A stretch of DNA of 64,000 nt, taken from NCBI GenBank assembly GCA_043826455.1, contig JBDRQD010000039.1:14242-78241 (forward strand), read 5' to 3'. Positions 36,740 through 46,349 of the stretch are shown in pieces (the first letter of the stretch is position 1; every line of letters starts with the position of its first letter). The notes beneath the pieces are model-generated. The model ran no database searches. It saw only the letters and a program-made list of their open reading frames with translations, and was not told the origin of the DNA. Source of the DNA: Candidatus Bathyarchaeota archaeon (GTDB taxonomy: Archaea; Thermoproteota; Bathyarchaeia; TCS64). The position numbers and the translations under genes are program-made.

Positions 36740-37170
36740 AAAGGCTCAATGCATCCACTGCCCACCCCTCCGCCACCATACACCAACCCCGAACAAACAT
36801 TAACCAAATCCACGAACAACCAAACAAGAAAAAACCCAAAACAAAACAGAAAAACAAACCCACACCCCAACCCACGACAGACACCACCACAAACCGCCAC
36901 CATAAAACAACCCCAAAAAACACCCGAACACCAAAACAAACCAAAAAACAGCAAACCATGACAACGACGACAATCCCCCCGGGGGGGTATGCACACACAC
37001 AACAAAACAAAGGTGCGGGGGGAGGGATTCGAACCCTCGAAAGCCTAAGCTATAGGATCTTGAGTCCCACCCCTTTGGCCACTTGGGAACCCCCGCCCAG
37101 AACAAAACAAACACCACCAACATAAAACCGTTCCCCACAAACCCAAATACCACAACAACCAAACCCATAC
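36740..37170. other. Extreme A/C-rich low-complexity tract around C6G7-TA-TGCACACACACAA (contains tRNA-Leu)
   Basis: Plus strand is almost free of G and T outside the tRNA and the G run. Confidence 0.85.
37014..37096 (-). tRNA. tRNA-Leu (CAA)
   Basis: Acceptor GCGGGGG/CCCCCGC-A, anticodon loop CT-CAA-GA, long variable arm, TTCGAAT; followed by CCT, so CCA is not encoded. Confidence 0.95.
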
Positions 37171-37174
37171 CAAG

Positions 37175-37876
37175 ATGAGGACCACCATAAGCCTCGGCGG
37201 CAGCCTACTCACCGGCGACAAAAACGACCCCACACTCACCCTAACCCCCAAACCCTACCGAGCCTACGCCACAGTCCTAAGGCAGCTCCACGACCTCGGC
37301 CACCAGATCATGGTTGTATGCGGAGGAGGAAAACCCGCACGCCACTACATCCAGGTAGCCAAAAACCTGGGCGCGTCACGATCCATCCAGGACATGCTGG
37401 GCGTCAAGGCCACCCACATAAACGCCCTCCTCCTCACAGCCGCCCTAGGCGACACAGCCGACCAGACCAGAATATACACCCGGGCAACGGAGCTAAGATA
37501 CCGCCAACCCGACAAGATATGGGTGGGCGGAGGCTATAAGCCCAAAAGCAGCACCGACTACCGGGCCATCCTCCTCGCCCGCGCCCTCGGCTCAGACGCC
37601 GTCATCAACGCCACCGACGTCCCAGGCGTCTACGACTCCAACCCCCACACCAACCCCAAAGCCAGAAAGCTCGACACGGCAACCCACGCCCAGCTAGAGA
37701 GAATCATCAAAGAAAGCACCAGGCAGGCCCCAGGCGAGTACGGCCTCTTCGACCTCAAAGCAGTCAAACTAGCCGCCAGGATCAACATGCCCCTCATCTT
37801 CATAGACGGCAGAGACCCCGAGGAGCTGAGACGAGCCGTCGAAGGCGGCCACAGCGGCACAGTAGTGAAGACTTAG
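37175..37876 (+). CDS. pyrH: UMP kinase
   Basis: SLGGS, VCGGG..AR.YI, STD, TDVPGVY and FD..A. Confidence 0.9.
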   Translation: MRTTISLGGSLLTGDKNDPTLTLTPKPYRAYATVLRQLHDLGHQIMVVCGGGKPARHYIQVAKNLGASRSIQDMLGVKATHINALLLTAALGDTADQTRIYTRATELRYRQPDKIWVGGGYKPKSSTDYRAILLARALGSDAVINATDVPGVYDSNPHTNPKARKLDTATHAQLERIIKESTRQAPGEYGLFDLKAVKLAARINMPLIFIDGRDPEELRRAVEGGHSGTVVKT

Positions 37877-37915
37877 CCCTCTCATGTTTTAATCCCTGAA
37901 AACCAACAATAACCC

Positions 37916-39373
37916 ATGACAGGTCACAGAGTAGTCATCGGCTCGATAGCCCACGAGACCAACACCTTCAGCACCGTAAAGCTCAGACTACCCGACTTCA
38001 ACCCCCTCTACGGAGACGACATCACCAAAGTCCTCAAAGGCACCAGAAGCGGCATAGGCGGCTTCATAGACGTCCTCGAAAAAGAGGGCGTAGAAATGGT
38101 CTTCACCATATCAGCCCACGCCACCCCCGCTGGCCCAGTCAACCACACAGACTACAGGCGCATGGTGGACACCATCTTAGAAGGCGTCAAAGATGAGAAG
38201 GTGGACGGGGTCCTCCTAGCCCTCCACGGAGCCATGGTCGCCGAGAACGTACCGGAGGCCGAGGGCGTCCTCCTAGAAGAAGTACGCAAACAAGTAGGCA
38301 AGAAGCCCATCATCATCACCCTGGACCTCCACGGACTAATCTCCACCAAGATCATAGACAACTGCGACGCCGTCTACGGCTACGACACCAACCCCCACAT
38401 AGACATGTACGAGCGAGGCGTCGAAGCCGCCGAGACCATGGTAAAAACCCTCAGAGGCGAACTCAAACCCGTCGTCGCCCACAAGAAGCTACGAATGCTG
38501 CCCCCGACGATCAACCAGAGAACCACCGAGGGCCCCATGGTGGAGCTCCTTAAAGAAGCACGGAAGATGGAGAAGAAGCCGGGCGTCCTCAACGTATGCA
38601 TCTTCCCCGCCTTCCCTTACGCCGACGTGCAGCGCGCAGGCTCAGCAGTGGTGGCGGTCACCGACGGCGACAAGAAGCTGGCTCAGAGCCTCTGCGACCA
38701 GCTGGGCGAGAAGATGTACGCCATGCGCCAGCAGTTCCTGAAGCAACTCACACCCATAAAGGAAGCAGTGAAACGAGCCGTCGATGCACCGGAGAGACCT
38801 ATAGTGTTGGCTGACGTGGCGGACAACCCAGGCGGAGGAGCCCCAGGGGACGGCACAGAGATACTCCGGGAGCTCATGAGGGTGAAGGCTAAGAGCGTGA
38901 GCGTCGCCATCATCAAGGATCCCGAGGCGGTAGCCGAGGCCATAAAAGTCGGCGTCAAGGGCACCCTCCGAATGCCCATCGGGGCTAAGACGGACACCTT
39001 CCACGGCAAACCCGTTAAGGTGGAGGGCACGGTGCGCACCATCACGGACGGCAGGTTCATCCACAAGGCCATGGCCGTGGGCGTTCCCGCCGACGTGGGC
39101 CGGACAGCCGTCATCGACGTGGACGGCATAGAGATCATCCTCACCGAGAAGAGCCACGCCCCCAACGACCCAGAGATATACAGGCGCAACGGCATCGAGC
39201 CCACCGACAAGAAGATACTGGTGCTGAAGAGCCGCGGCCACTTCAGGGCAGCCTACGAGCCCTTCAGTAAGGAGATCATAGAGGTGGACGCCCCAGGCCT
39301 CACTTCCCCCAACCTGAGCTGGTTCAAGTATACCAACATACCGCGCCCCATCTGGCCCTTCGACCCAGTCTAG
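37916..39373 (+). CDS. M81 (MlrC-like) metallopeptidase
   Basis: HETNTFS, LHGAM, DLHG, PH.D, DNPGGG and KS..HFRA. Confidence 0.92.
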   Translation: MTGHRVVIGSIAHETNTFSTVKLRLPDFNPLYGDDITKVLKGTRSGIGGFIDVLEKEGVEMVFTISAHATPAGPVNHTDYRRMVDTILEGVKDEKVDGVLLALHGAMVAENVPEAEGVLLEEVRKQVGKKPIIITLDLHGLISTKIIDNCDAVYGYDTNPHIDMYERGVEAAETMVKTLRGELKPVVAHKKLRMLPPTINQRTTEGPMVELLKEARKMEKKPGVLNVCIFPAFPYADVQRAGSAVVAVTDGDKKLAQSLCDQLGEKMYAMRQQFLKQLTPIKEAVKRAVDAPERPIVLADVADNPGGGAPGDGTEILRELMRVKAKSVSVAIIKDPEAVAEAIKVGVKGTLRMPIGAKTDTFHGKPVKVEGTVRTITDGRFIHKAMAVGVPADVGRTAVIDVDGIEIILTEKSHAPNDPEIYRRNGIEPTDKKILVLKSRGHFRAAYEPFSKEIIEVDAPGLTSPNLSWFKYTNIPRPIWPFDPV

Positions 39374-39522
39374 CCGAGGCTACAGTAAAAGGGGGTGGCG
39401 TCCACCACATTCACGGGCTGGCTCATAGAGAACCAGGACACCGGAGTAATACTCCTCCTGTCCCTGAGATTGCTTGTTCCCACGTGCCTAATAGCGGTCG
39501 CCCTGTGAAGACGGGCTGCTAG

Positions 39523-40779
39523 CTAAATCATGCCCCTGGCTAGGTCATCCAAGCTCTCCCTACTTCTCACCAGCCGGGCCTCGCCACCCAGCACCATGAC
39601 CTCGGGGGCTCTGGGCCTGGAGTTGTACTGGCTGCTCATGGAGAAACCGTAGGCCCCCGTGTTCATTATGGCTAGAAGGTCCCCCTCCTTAGGGTGAGGC
39701 ATGGGCCTGTCCCTGGCGAAGACATCCCCTGACTCGCACAGAGGCCCATAAACGTCGTAGATGCCCTCCTCGCCTTTGAGGTTCGAGGCGTTCAGAATCT
39801 CGTGGTATGACCCGTACATGGCCGGCCTCACCAGGGTGTTGAAGCCCGCGTCCACCCCCACGTAGCGCCTGAAAGGGTTATCCTTGAGGGTGGTGACCCT
39901 GGTAAGCAGCGCCCCCGCGTCCGCCACGATGAACCTGCCCGGCTCAAGCCAAAGCTCGGGGTTGCCCAACCCGTAGGCCTCAACCTTCTCTTTGATGAAG
40001 CCAGCCAGCTCCTCCAGGAAGCCGTCCAGGTCCACCTCCTCCTCACCAGGCTTGTAGGGCACCCCTATTCCTCCGCCCAGGTCAATGAACTCGAACTCGA
40101 CGCCTAGCCTCTCATGCACCTTGGCTGCTATCTCCAGCATCCTGCCAGCCGCCCTGACGTAGTGGTGGGCGTCACTGATCCCTGACCCTATGTGCATTTG
40201 CACGCCGAACCTCTTCACTCCGGACTCCGCGGCCTCGGAGTAGGCCTTGACTGCGTCCTCATCCCACACCCCGAACTTGGCGTGGGCCCCCGCGGTGATG
40301 ACGTGCTCGTGGTGGCCGGCCCCCAGCTCCGGGTTCACCCTGAAGCTCAGAGTGTCGGGTATGTGATATGTGAGCAAACGCTTCAGCTGAGACCTGGAGT
40401 CAAGGTTTAGCCTGACTCCTCTCTCAACGAGCCACCTCATCTCCTCGTCTGAGACGCTGGTGCCCGTGAACAGGATCTGGTCAGGATGGAACCCAACCTT
40501 CAGGGCCAGGTGCACCTCGCCTGGGCTCACAGCATCGATCTCTGAGCCCAGCCTCCTCAGCAGCCTGAGGATAGCTAGGTTGGTGTTAGCCTTGGCCGCG
40601 TAAAGTATCCTGGACCTGGGGTACGCACTTCCTAGGGCGTCCCTCAGTCTCGTGTAGTTGTCCGCTATCCTCTTCTCGCTATAAACGTAGAGGGGTGTCC
40701 CGTGGGCTCTGGCTATCTGCTCCGCCGACGCTTCGTCGATGTGGAGCTTTCCGTCGACTTCTGTGAAGGGCGGCCTCAT
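39523..40779 (-). CDS. lysA: Diaminopimelate decarboxylase
   Basis: YAAKAN, HIGSG, GGG, EPGR, GPLCESGD, GAYG and YNSRP. Start set at ATG 40779. Confidence 0.95.
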   Translation of the reverse strand: MRPPFTEVDGKLHIDEASAEQIARAHGTPLYVYSEKRIADNYTRLRDALGSAYPRSRILYAAKANTNLAILRLLRRLGSEIDAVSPGEVHLALKVGFHPDQILFTGTSVSDEEMRWLVERGVRLNLDSRSQLKRLLTYHIPDTLSFRVNPELGAGHHEHVITAGAHAKFGVWDEDAVKAYSEAAESGVKRFGVQMHIGSGISDAHHYVRAAGRMLEIAAKVHERLGVEFEFIDLGGGIGVPYKPGEEEVDLDGFLEELAGFIKEKVEAYGLGNPELWLEPGRFIVADAGALLTRVTTLKDNPFRRYVGVDAGFNTLVRPAMYGSYHEILNASNLKGEEGIYDVYGPLCESGDVFARDRPMPHPKEGDLLAIMNTGAYGFSMSSQYNSRPRAPEVMVLGGEARLVRSRESLDDLARGMI

Positions 40780-40849
40780 GACAAGCTCTCTGGTACCTGA
40801 TCCGCGCACGGGCTATAAAATATATGACCCACTCCAGGAGCAACACTAA

Positions 40850-40909
40850 TGTAATACATAGTTTACATTTAGTAAAGTTTATATTACGCATTGTAAAGTA
40901 TACTTTACA
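40850..40909. promoter_or_regulatory. Three 18-bp operator-like palindromes at 21-bp period
   Basis: TGTAATACATAGTTTACA (40850), AGTAAAGTTTATATTACG (40871) and the perfect TGTAAAGTATACTTTACA (40892). Confidence 0.8.
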
Positions 40910-40918
40910 TGATGAGGT

Positions 40919-41305
40919 ATGAACGCTGAACAGTATAACCGGGTTAAGGCGGCGGTGGCCGTCGCCGTAGGAATAGTGGCGGCTGTAAGCGCCGTAAACA
41001 ACAGCTTCACTCTGCTGCTTGCCGCAGTCACACTCGGCATGGTGGTGCTCTACGCCGGCAAGCAGAGGGTGACCGAGATACGTGCAGATGAGAGGACCAG
41101 CCTCGTAAGGCAGAAGGCCGCGGCCACCACCATGGGGGTGACCACCGTCCTAATGGCCGCTGTGGGAATCCTACTTGTTTTCGCTTCGAGGCAGGGCCTA
41201 GCCGACTTTGAGCAACTGGGCTACGCCCTGGCTTTCCAGGCCAACATAATAATGGGTGTGAACGCCTTCCTGAACTGGCACTACAGGAACCAGATGGGGG
41301 GCTGA
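40919..41305 (+). CDS. DUF2178-like membrane protein
   Basis: 4 TM with central DER...KAA motif; paired with an XRE HTH. Confidence 0.8.
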   Translation: MNAEQYNRVKAAVAVAVGIVAAVSAVNNSFTLLLAAVTLGMVVLYAGKQRVTEIRADERTSLVRQKAAATTMGVTTVLMAAVGILLVFASRQGLADFEQLGYALAFQANIIMGVNAFLNWHYRNQMGG

Positions 41306-41309
41306 GCGG

Positions 41310-41513
41310 GTGGAGAACAACCTGAGAGTCCTCAGAGCCACCAGGAACATCACCCAGGAGGACCTGGCCAAGAAGCTGGGGGTCACCAGACAGACCATCC
41401 ACGCCATCGAGACCGGCAAGTACAACCCCAGCCTAGACTTGGCCTTCAAGCTAGCCAAATACTTCGAGACAAGGATCGAGGACGTCTTCACCTACAAGGA
41501 GGAGCTTCCCTGA
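41310..41513 (+). CDS. XRE-family HTH regulator
   Basis: TQEDLA..LGVTRQTI.AIE.GKYNPSL.LAFKLA. Confidence 0.95.
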   Translation: MENNLRVLRATRNITQEDLAKKLGVTRQTIHAIETGKYNPSLDLAFKLAKYFETRIEDVFTYKEELP

Positions 41514-41595
41514 AAACATGGAATTCCCAGTGGCTGGATCGTGGGCCCCGCGGATAATGTTTAAACTCCTCCGTTCCCACTCATCTTCTGATTTT

Positions 41596-42432
41596 ATGGC
41601 AATAATAGATACGCTCCTCAGCAACATATGGGTCATCTTCCTGTTCTTCACTCTCATATACCCCCGCCTACAGCAGGGGCTCATCCAGAACGCGAGGTCA
41701 AGCGACCTCAGTAGACTAGGAAAAAAACGGGGAACCAGCGTCATAACACTCATCCACAGACAGGAGACCCTCAGCCTCTTCGGGTTACCCATCAGCAGGT
41801 ACATAGACATAGACGACAGCGAGGACCTACTCCGAGCCATTAGGCTGACACCCGACGACCAGCCCATAGACCTCATAATCCACACGCCGGGCGGCTTAGC
41901 CCTGGCCGCCACCCAGATAGCCTTCGCACTAAAAGCCCACAAGGGCAAGACCACCGTCATGGTCCCCCACTACTCCATGAGCGGCGGCACCCTAATCGCC
42001 CTCGCAGCCGACGAGATACTCATGGACGCCCACGCCGTCCTAGGCCCCGTGGACCCCCAGATAGGGACAAGCACCGGCTCCTTCGCAGCCTCAAGCATAC
42101 TAAAGGTTGTGGAGAAAAAGGAGCCCAAGGACACGGACGATGAAACCATGTACCTGGCCGAGGAAGCCCGCAAGGCCATCGGGCAGATGAAGGACACCGT
42201 GAGGCAGCTCATAGGCGACAAGTATCCCCCCGACAGAATTGAGGCCATAATAAGCGACCTCGTAACCGGAAAATACACCCACGACTTCCCTATAACGTCT
42301 GAGACAGTATGTAGTCTGCTCGGCCAATGCGCCTACCCTGAACTGCCTCTGGAGGTGTACACCCTGATGAACCTCTACAAGATGGGTCAGCAGCGCAGAC
42401 CCGGTGTCGAGTATGTCCCCATGGCCACCTGA
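41596..42432 (+). CDS. ClpP-fold serine proteinase (SDH_sah family)
   Basis: N-terminal TM, HRQE, HTPGG, SGGTLIALAAD and THD. Start set at ATG 41596. Confidence 0.88.
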   Translation: MAIIDTLLSNIWVIFLFFTLIYPRLQQGLIQNARSSDLSRLGKKRGTSVITLIHRQETLSLFGLPISRYIDIDDSEDLLRAIRLTPDDQPIDLIIHTPGGLALAATQIAFALKAHKGKTTVMVPHYSMSGGTLIALAADEILMDAHAVLGPVDPQIGTSTGSFAASSILKVVEKKEPKDTDDETMYLAEEARKAIGQMKDTVRQLIGDKYPPDRIEAIISDLVTGKYTHDFPITSETVCSLLGQCAYPELPLEVYTLMNLYKMGQQRRPGVEYVPMAT

Positions 42433-42483
42433 AGCAACAATTTTCTATACCTCCACGCACCATTGCTCTGAAAGGGTACCAGT

Positions 42484-42993
42484 ATGCTCAACGACCAGGA
42501 GATCAGGAGACTCATAGAGGAACACCAGCTAGTCACAGGGTACATTGACCTCGACACCCAGCTTCAGCCCAGCGGCTTCGACATCAGCTTGGAGAGCGTG
42601 GAAGTCTTCAGAGGAGGTGGAGCCGTGGACTACAGCAACAAGGAGAGAGTGCTGGCCGAGACCGAGCCTCTCCTGCCTGACAACGCGGACTGGTTCAATC
42701 TGGCTCAGGGATGCTACAAGGTAGTATACAACGAGACGGTGAGGATGCCCATCAACGTCGCGGCCTTAGCCAGAACCAGATCCACACTGCTCCGCAACGG
42801 GGTAACCCTGGGCACCGCCGTATGGGACCCCGGGTACCAGGGACGCAGCAGCAGCCTCCTGATGGTTCACAACCCCCACGGCATCAGGCTCAAGAGAGAC
42901 GCCAGGATAGCCCAGCTGATATTCTTCTACACGGGCAGGGTGGAGAAGGGGTACAGTGGCGCTTACCAGAACGAGCGCATATCCAAGCCCTAG
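42484..42993 (+). CDS. dut: Archaeal trimeric dUTPase / dCTP deaminase family
   Basis: QPSGFD, RSTLLRNG, WDPGYQGR, RIAQL and GY.G.YQ. Confidence 0.8.
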   Translation: MLNDQEIRRLIEEHQLVTGYIDLDTQLQPSGFDISLESVEVFRGGGAVDYSNKERVLAETEPLLPDNADWFNLAQGCYKVVYNETVRMPINVAALARTRSTLLRNGVTLGTAVWDPGYQGRSSSLLMVHNPHGIRLKRDARIAQLIFFYTGRVEKGYSGAYQNERISKP

Positions 42994-43082
42994 ATGGGGC
43001 ACCAGGGGCACCATTACGGTCCGCCCGATTCAAAACGTATTTAAACGCTTCACCATTTGAAACTAGGCAACAGTGAGACAAA

Positions 43083-44567
43083 TTGTCAAGCCTATTCAGA
43101 ACAAGATTAGCCAAGGAGTTTGACGACAGAACCGCCAGATTCCACACAAGCGTCTTCGAGGACCTCCGCATGTTCCAGGAGGACGTCGACGGCACCATGG
43201 CCCATGACATAATGCTGCATGAGCAGGGTATCATGGAGAAGGAGGACCTGAAGAAGATACTCTTAGCTCTCCAAGAGGTGAAGGAAGCCTGGGCCCAGGG
43301 CAAGGTGGAGGTTGGGGCGGAGTACGAGGACGTCCACGAGTACATCGAAGCCCAGGTCATAGAGAAGGTGGGCATCGAGGCGGGCGGCATGATGCACGCT
43401 GGCAGGAGCCGCAACGACCAGGTGGTCCTGGACATCAAGATGGTGACCCGGAAGGAGCTCATAGAGATCGCTGAAGACATCCTCAAGATGGTGGACGCCC
43501 TGCTGGAGCAGGCCAACGAGCACCTGGAGACACCCATGGTGCTCTACACCCACGGCCAGCACGCCATGATAGGCACCTTCGCCCACTACATGCTGGCCTA
43601 CGCTGACCAGTTCCTCCGCGACTACCTCAGGATAAAGCAGTGCTACGAGCGCGTTAACATGAATCCTCTTGGAGCCACCGCCGTAGGCGGCACCACGCTG
43701 AGGATCAGCAGGCTCAGGACCAGCGAGCTCCTGGGCTTCGACGCCATCCAGGAGAACAGCATCGACGCCACAAGCAGCAGGGACTGGGCCGTGGAGACCG
43801 CCTCCGTGCTCAGCATCCTCATGGCTAACATGAGCAGGGCTGCAGCAGATATCGTCATGTGGAGCGGCAGGGAGTACGGCTACGTGGAGCTCAGCGACCA
43901 GTACAGCAGTAGCAGCAGCATAATGCCCCAGAAGAAGAACCCCAGCACCATGGAGTTGGTGAGGGGCAAGTCCGCGGAGGTTTACGGCTGCCTCCAGGAA
44001 CTCATGACCATGGTGAAGGGCCTGCCCACAGGCTACTACCAAGACCTCCAGCAGACTAAGATACCCCTCTGGAGGGCCTTCGACACAACCAGAACCAGCG
44101 TCGAGGCCTTCACAGGCATCATCAAGACCCTGAAGGTGAACAAGGAGGCAATGCTAGCCCAGACCAAGGGCAGCTACATATACAGCGTCCAGCTGGCCGA
44201 GGTGCTCCTAGAGAGCCTCAGCTTCCGAGAGGCCTACAAGGTCACAGCCACCGTGGTGAACAATCTCATCAAGGAGGGCAGGACCCTGGAGCAGCTGAAG
44301 GCCGAGGACGTTAAGAAGGTGGCCAAGGAGCTCTACGGTAAGGACATCAAGGTGAGCGGCAGCATCGCCGAGAAGATCAGCAACCCCTTGAAGGCCTTGG
44401 ACAACCTGAGGAGCCCAGGTGGGCCCCAGCCCGCCGAGACCGCCATGCTGGTGGAGAACCGCAGCGAGCTGAGGCACCGGTACCAGCAGGAGCTGGAGTT
44501 CCTCAAGATCAAGCTGGTGATAGCGGCCGACACCCTGAAGAACGCTGTCCAGACCTACACCTCCTAG
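43083..44567 (+). CDS. argH: Argininosuccinate lyase
   Basis: EDVH, GRSRNDQV, YTH.Q.A, SSIMPQKKNP and FREAY. Confidence 0.95.
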   Translation: MSSLFRTRLAKEFDDRTARFHTSVFEDLRMFQEDVDGTMAHDIMLHEQGIMEKEDLKKILLALQEVKEAWAQGKVEVGAEYEDVHEYIEAQVIEKVGIEAGGMMHAGRSRNDQVVLDIKMVTRKELIEIAEDILKMVDALLEQANEHLETPMVLYTHGQHAMIGTFAHYMLAYADQFLRDYLRIKQCYERVNMNPLGATAVGGTTLRISRLRTSELLGFDAIQENSIDATSSRDWAVETASVLSILMANMSRAAADIVMWSGREYGYVELSDQYSSSSSIMPQKKNPSTMELVRGKSAEVYGCLQELMTMVKGLPTGYYQDLQQTKIPLWRAFDTTRTSVEAFTGIIKTLKVNKEAMLAQTKGSYIYSVQLAEVLLESLSFREAYKVTATVVNNLIKEGRTLEQLKAEDVKKVAKELYGKDIKVSGSIAEKISNPLKALDNLRSPGGPQPAETAMLVENRSELRHRYQQELEFLKIKLVIAADTLKNAVQTYTS

Positions 44568-44609
44568 AGGTGGGGTTTAAACCCTACCGGCTCCTAATCT
44601 CTTCGAACT

Positions 44610-45353
44610 GTGTTGAAGAACAGGTGGGTTCTGGTAGGCCTCGCCTTAATCCTCGGGGGGGTCGTCTTCATCGACTACATTGCACAGCTCCTCTACCCGT
44701 CCGTGGATCTGGGGGCCCTCAGCGTCCCTGACACACTCAGCGGAACACACACCTACAACTTCTATAAGGATACCGCCTTCGTCGGCACCCACACCTACAG
44801 CGTCGCCAAGGTCCCCGGAGCCCAGGGCACAATCTTCGCCATGAGCTCCGGGACCTTCATCACGTTTGAGGGTAAGTCCCTCGCCCTTGAGGGCTTGTAC
44901 CGGTTCAACTCAGGTTTCCGGCCCGTAAGTTACGGGCTCAACGTCACTGAGGGTGGCGAGGTCACTTACTTTGTGTGCGACTTCAAGCCTGGGGAGGTTA
45001 CCACCACAGTCAGGTTCCAGGGGGAGACAGCTGACGTGGTAACCGATATCGAGGAAGGCACGCTGCTGGTTGAGAACTCCATGCCTGGCTACTGGGAAAT
45101 TCTGCTCCAGTCCGCGTCCTTGGAGAGGGGGAGACGGCACACCCTCGGCCTGTTCATTCCTCAGGCCGCCAGGGTGTTCCAGGTGACGCTTTTCGTGGAG
45201 AATGACCTTGAGCAAGTCCGGGTGGAGGATAAGACACTGGAATGCATGGTTGTGAAGGCTTCTGAGCTGGGTCTAGCTTTCTACGTTCACCAAGGCGAGT
45301 TGGTCCAGTACAGGGACGAGGCTCAGGGCGTCGCCATGAATAAGGTGTCTTGA
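44610..45353 (+). CDS. Membrane-anchored beta-rich hypothetical protein
   Basis: N-terminal TM followed by a beta-strand-rich soluble region. Confidence 0.75.
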   Translation: MLKNRWVLVGLALILGGVVFIDYIAQLLYPSVDLGALSVPDTLSGTHTYNFYKDTAFVGTHTYSVAKVPGAQGTIFAMSSGTFITFEGKSLALEGLYRFNSGFRPVSYGLNVTEGGEVTYFVCDFKPGEVTTTVRFQGETADVVTDIEEGTLLVENSMPGYWEILLQSASLERGRRHTLGLFIPQAARVFQVTLFVENDLEQVRVEDKTLECMVVKASELGLAFYVHQGELVQYRDEAQGVAMNKVS

Positions 45354-45380
45354 AGCCTGAGGCGCAGCTTTAAGTATGGT

Positions 45381-46313
45381 TTAGGAAGCGCCCATGGCTA
45401 GGGCCATGGCGCCGTATAGAACCACGTCCTCTCCCAGGGGGGTTATCATGATCCTGGGCAGCCTGTTGATGGCGTGCTTAGCCATGTAGTGCTCTATGGG
45501 CATCAGTATCAGGTCAGGGTTGTTGAGGGCTATGCTTCCGCCTACGGTTATCAGCCCGGGGTCATAGGCGTTCACTATGTCTGCGAAGCCGATGGCGTTG
45601 ACCTTGCCTATCTCTTCCACCACCATGAGGGCGTGGTCGTCTCCCTGCTTGGCTGCGTCGAAGATCATCTTGACCGTGATGTTCTTGGGGTTTCCTCCGC
45701 AGAGGTCGCTGAGGAGGCTGCTCCTCCACTTCGTGCCCCTGAGAATGGTTCTGGCGTAGTAGGGGATGTTTTTTCCTCCGCTGAAGGCCTCCCAGTGGCC
45801 CGGGCCGCCGCAGCCGCACAGTATTCTGCTGTTGGGGTGTATGGTGAGGTGGCCTATCTCCACGGCGTTGCCGTCCTTACCCATGAGGAGATGGCCGTCC
45901 ACTATAGCTCCGCCGCCCAGCCCTGTGCTCATGGTGACGTAGAAGAGGTTCTCGGTGTCCTGGCCTGCGCCGAACACGTGTTCCCCCAGGACGCCGGCGC
46001 TGCAGTCGTTGACTATCTTGATGGGGACGTCGTACATTGTTTTCAGGGGCTCTGTGATAGGTATCTCCTTGTAGGGGTAGTTGGGGGTGTTGGTGATCAT
46101 TCCCCTTGTGTAGTCGATGGGCCCTATGGAGCCGATGCCGATGGCCACGGGGTTCTCCTCCAGTTCGCTTATCAACCTTATGATCTGGAGTGGTATGCCT
46201 TCGGGGCCGCCGGCTTTGTCGGTTTCCTCTGAGGCCTTTCTTTTTAACCCGGATTCGTCGCCGCACGCGATGCGGATATACGTGGCTCCGATATCCACGG
46301 CTACGTAGGACAA
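45381..46313 (-). CDS. ROK family sugar kinase
   Basis: DIGAT, ND, STGLGGG and EIGH..CGCG..GHWEA. Confidence 0.93.
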   Translation of the reverse strand: MSYVAVDIGATYIRIACGDESGLKRKASEETDKAGGPEGIPLQIIRLISELEENPVAIGIGSIGPIDYTRGMITNTPNYPYKEIPITEPLKTMYDVPIKIVNDCSAGVLGEHVFGAGQDTENLFYVTMSTGLGGGAIVDGHLLMGKDGNAVEIGHLTIHPNSRILCGCGGPGHWEAFSGGKNIPYYARTILRGTKWRSSLLSDLCGGNPKNITVKMIFDAAKQGDDHALMVVEEIGKVNAIGFADIVNAYDPGLITVGGSIALNNPDLILMPIEHYMAKHAINRLPRIMITPLGEDVVLYGAMALAMGAS

Positions 46314-46349
46314 GGCAGTTCAAAGAAAATGGTTGAGGTAGATAAATGG

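Noticed and set aside
36661..37251. Several Val/Gly/Phe/Cys-rich or Pro/Thr/Asn-rich ORFs
   Set aside because: Artefacts of the AC/GT low-complexity tract; some overlap tRNA-Leu.
39395..39508. 37-codon hydrophobic ORF resembling an MFS C-terminal fragment
   Set aside because: Too short to support; at best a gene relic.
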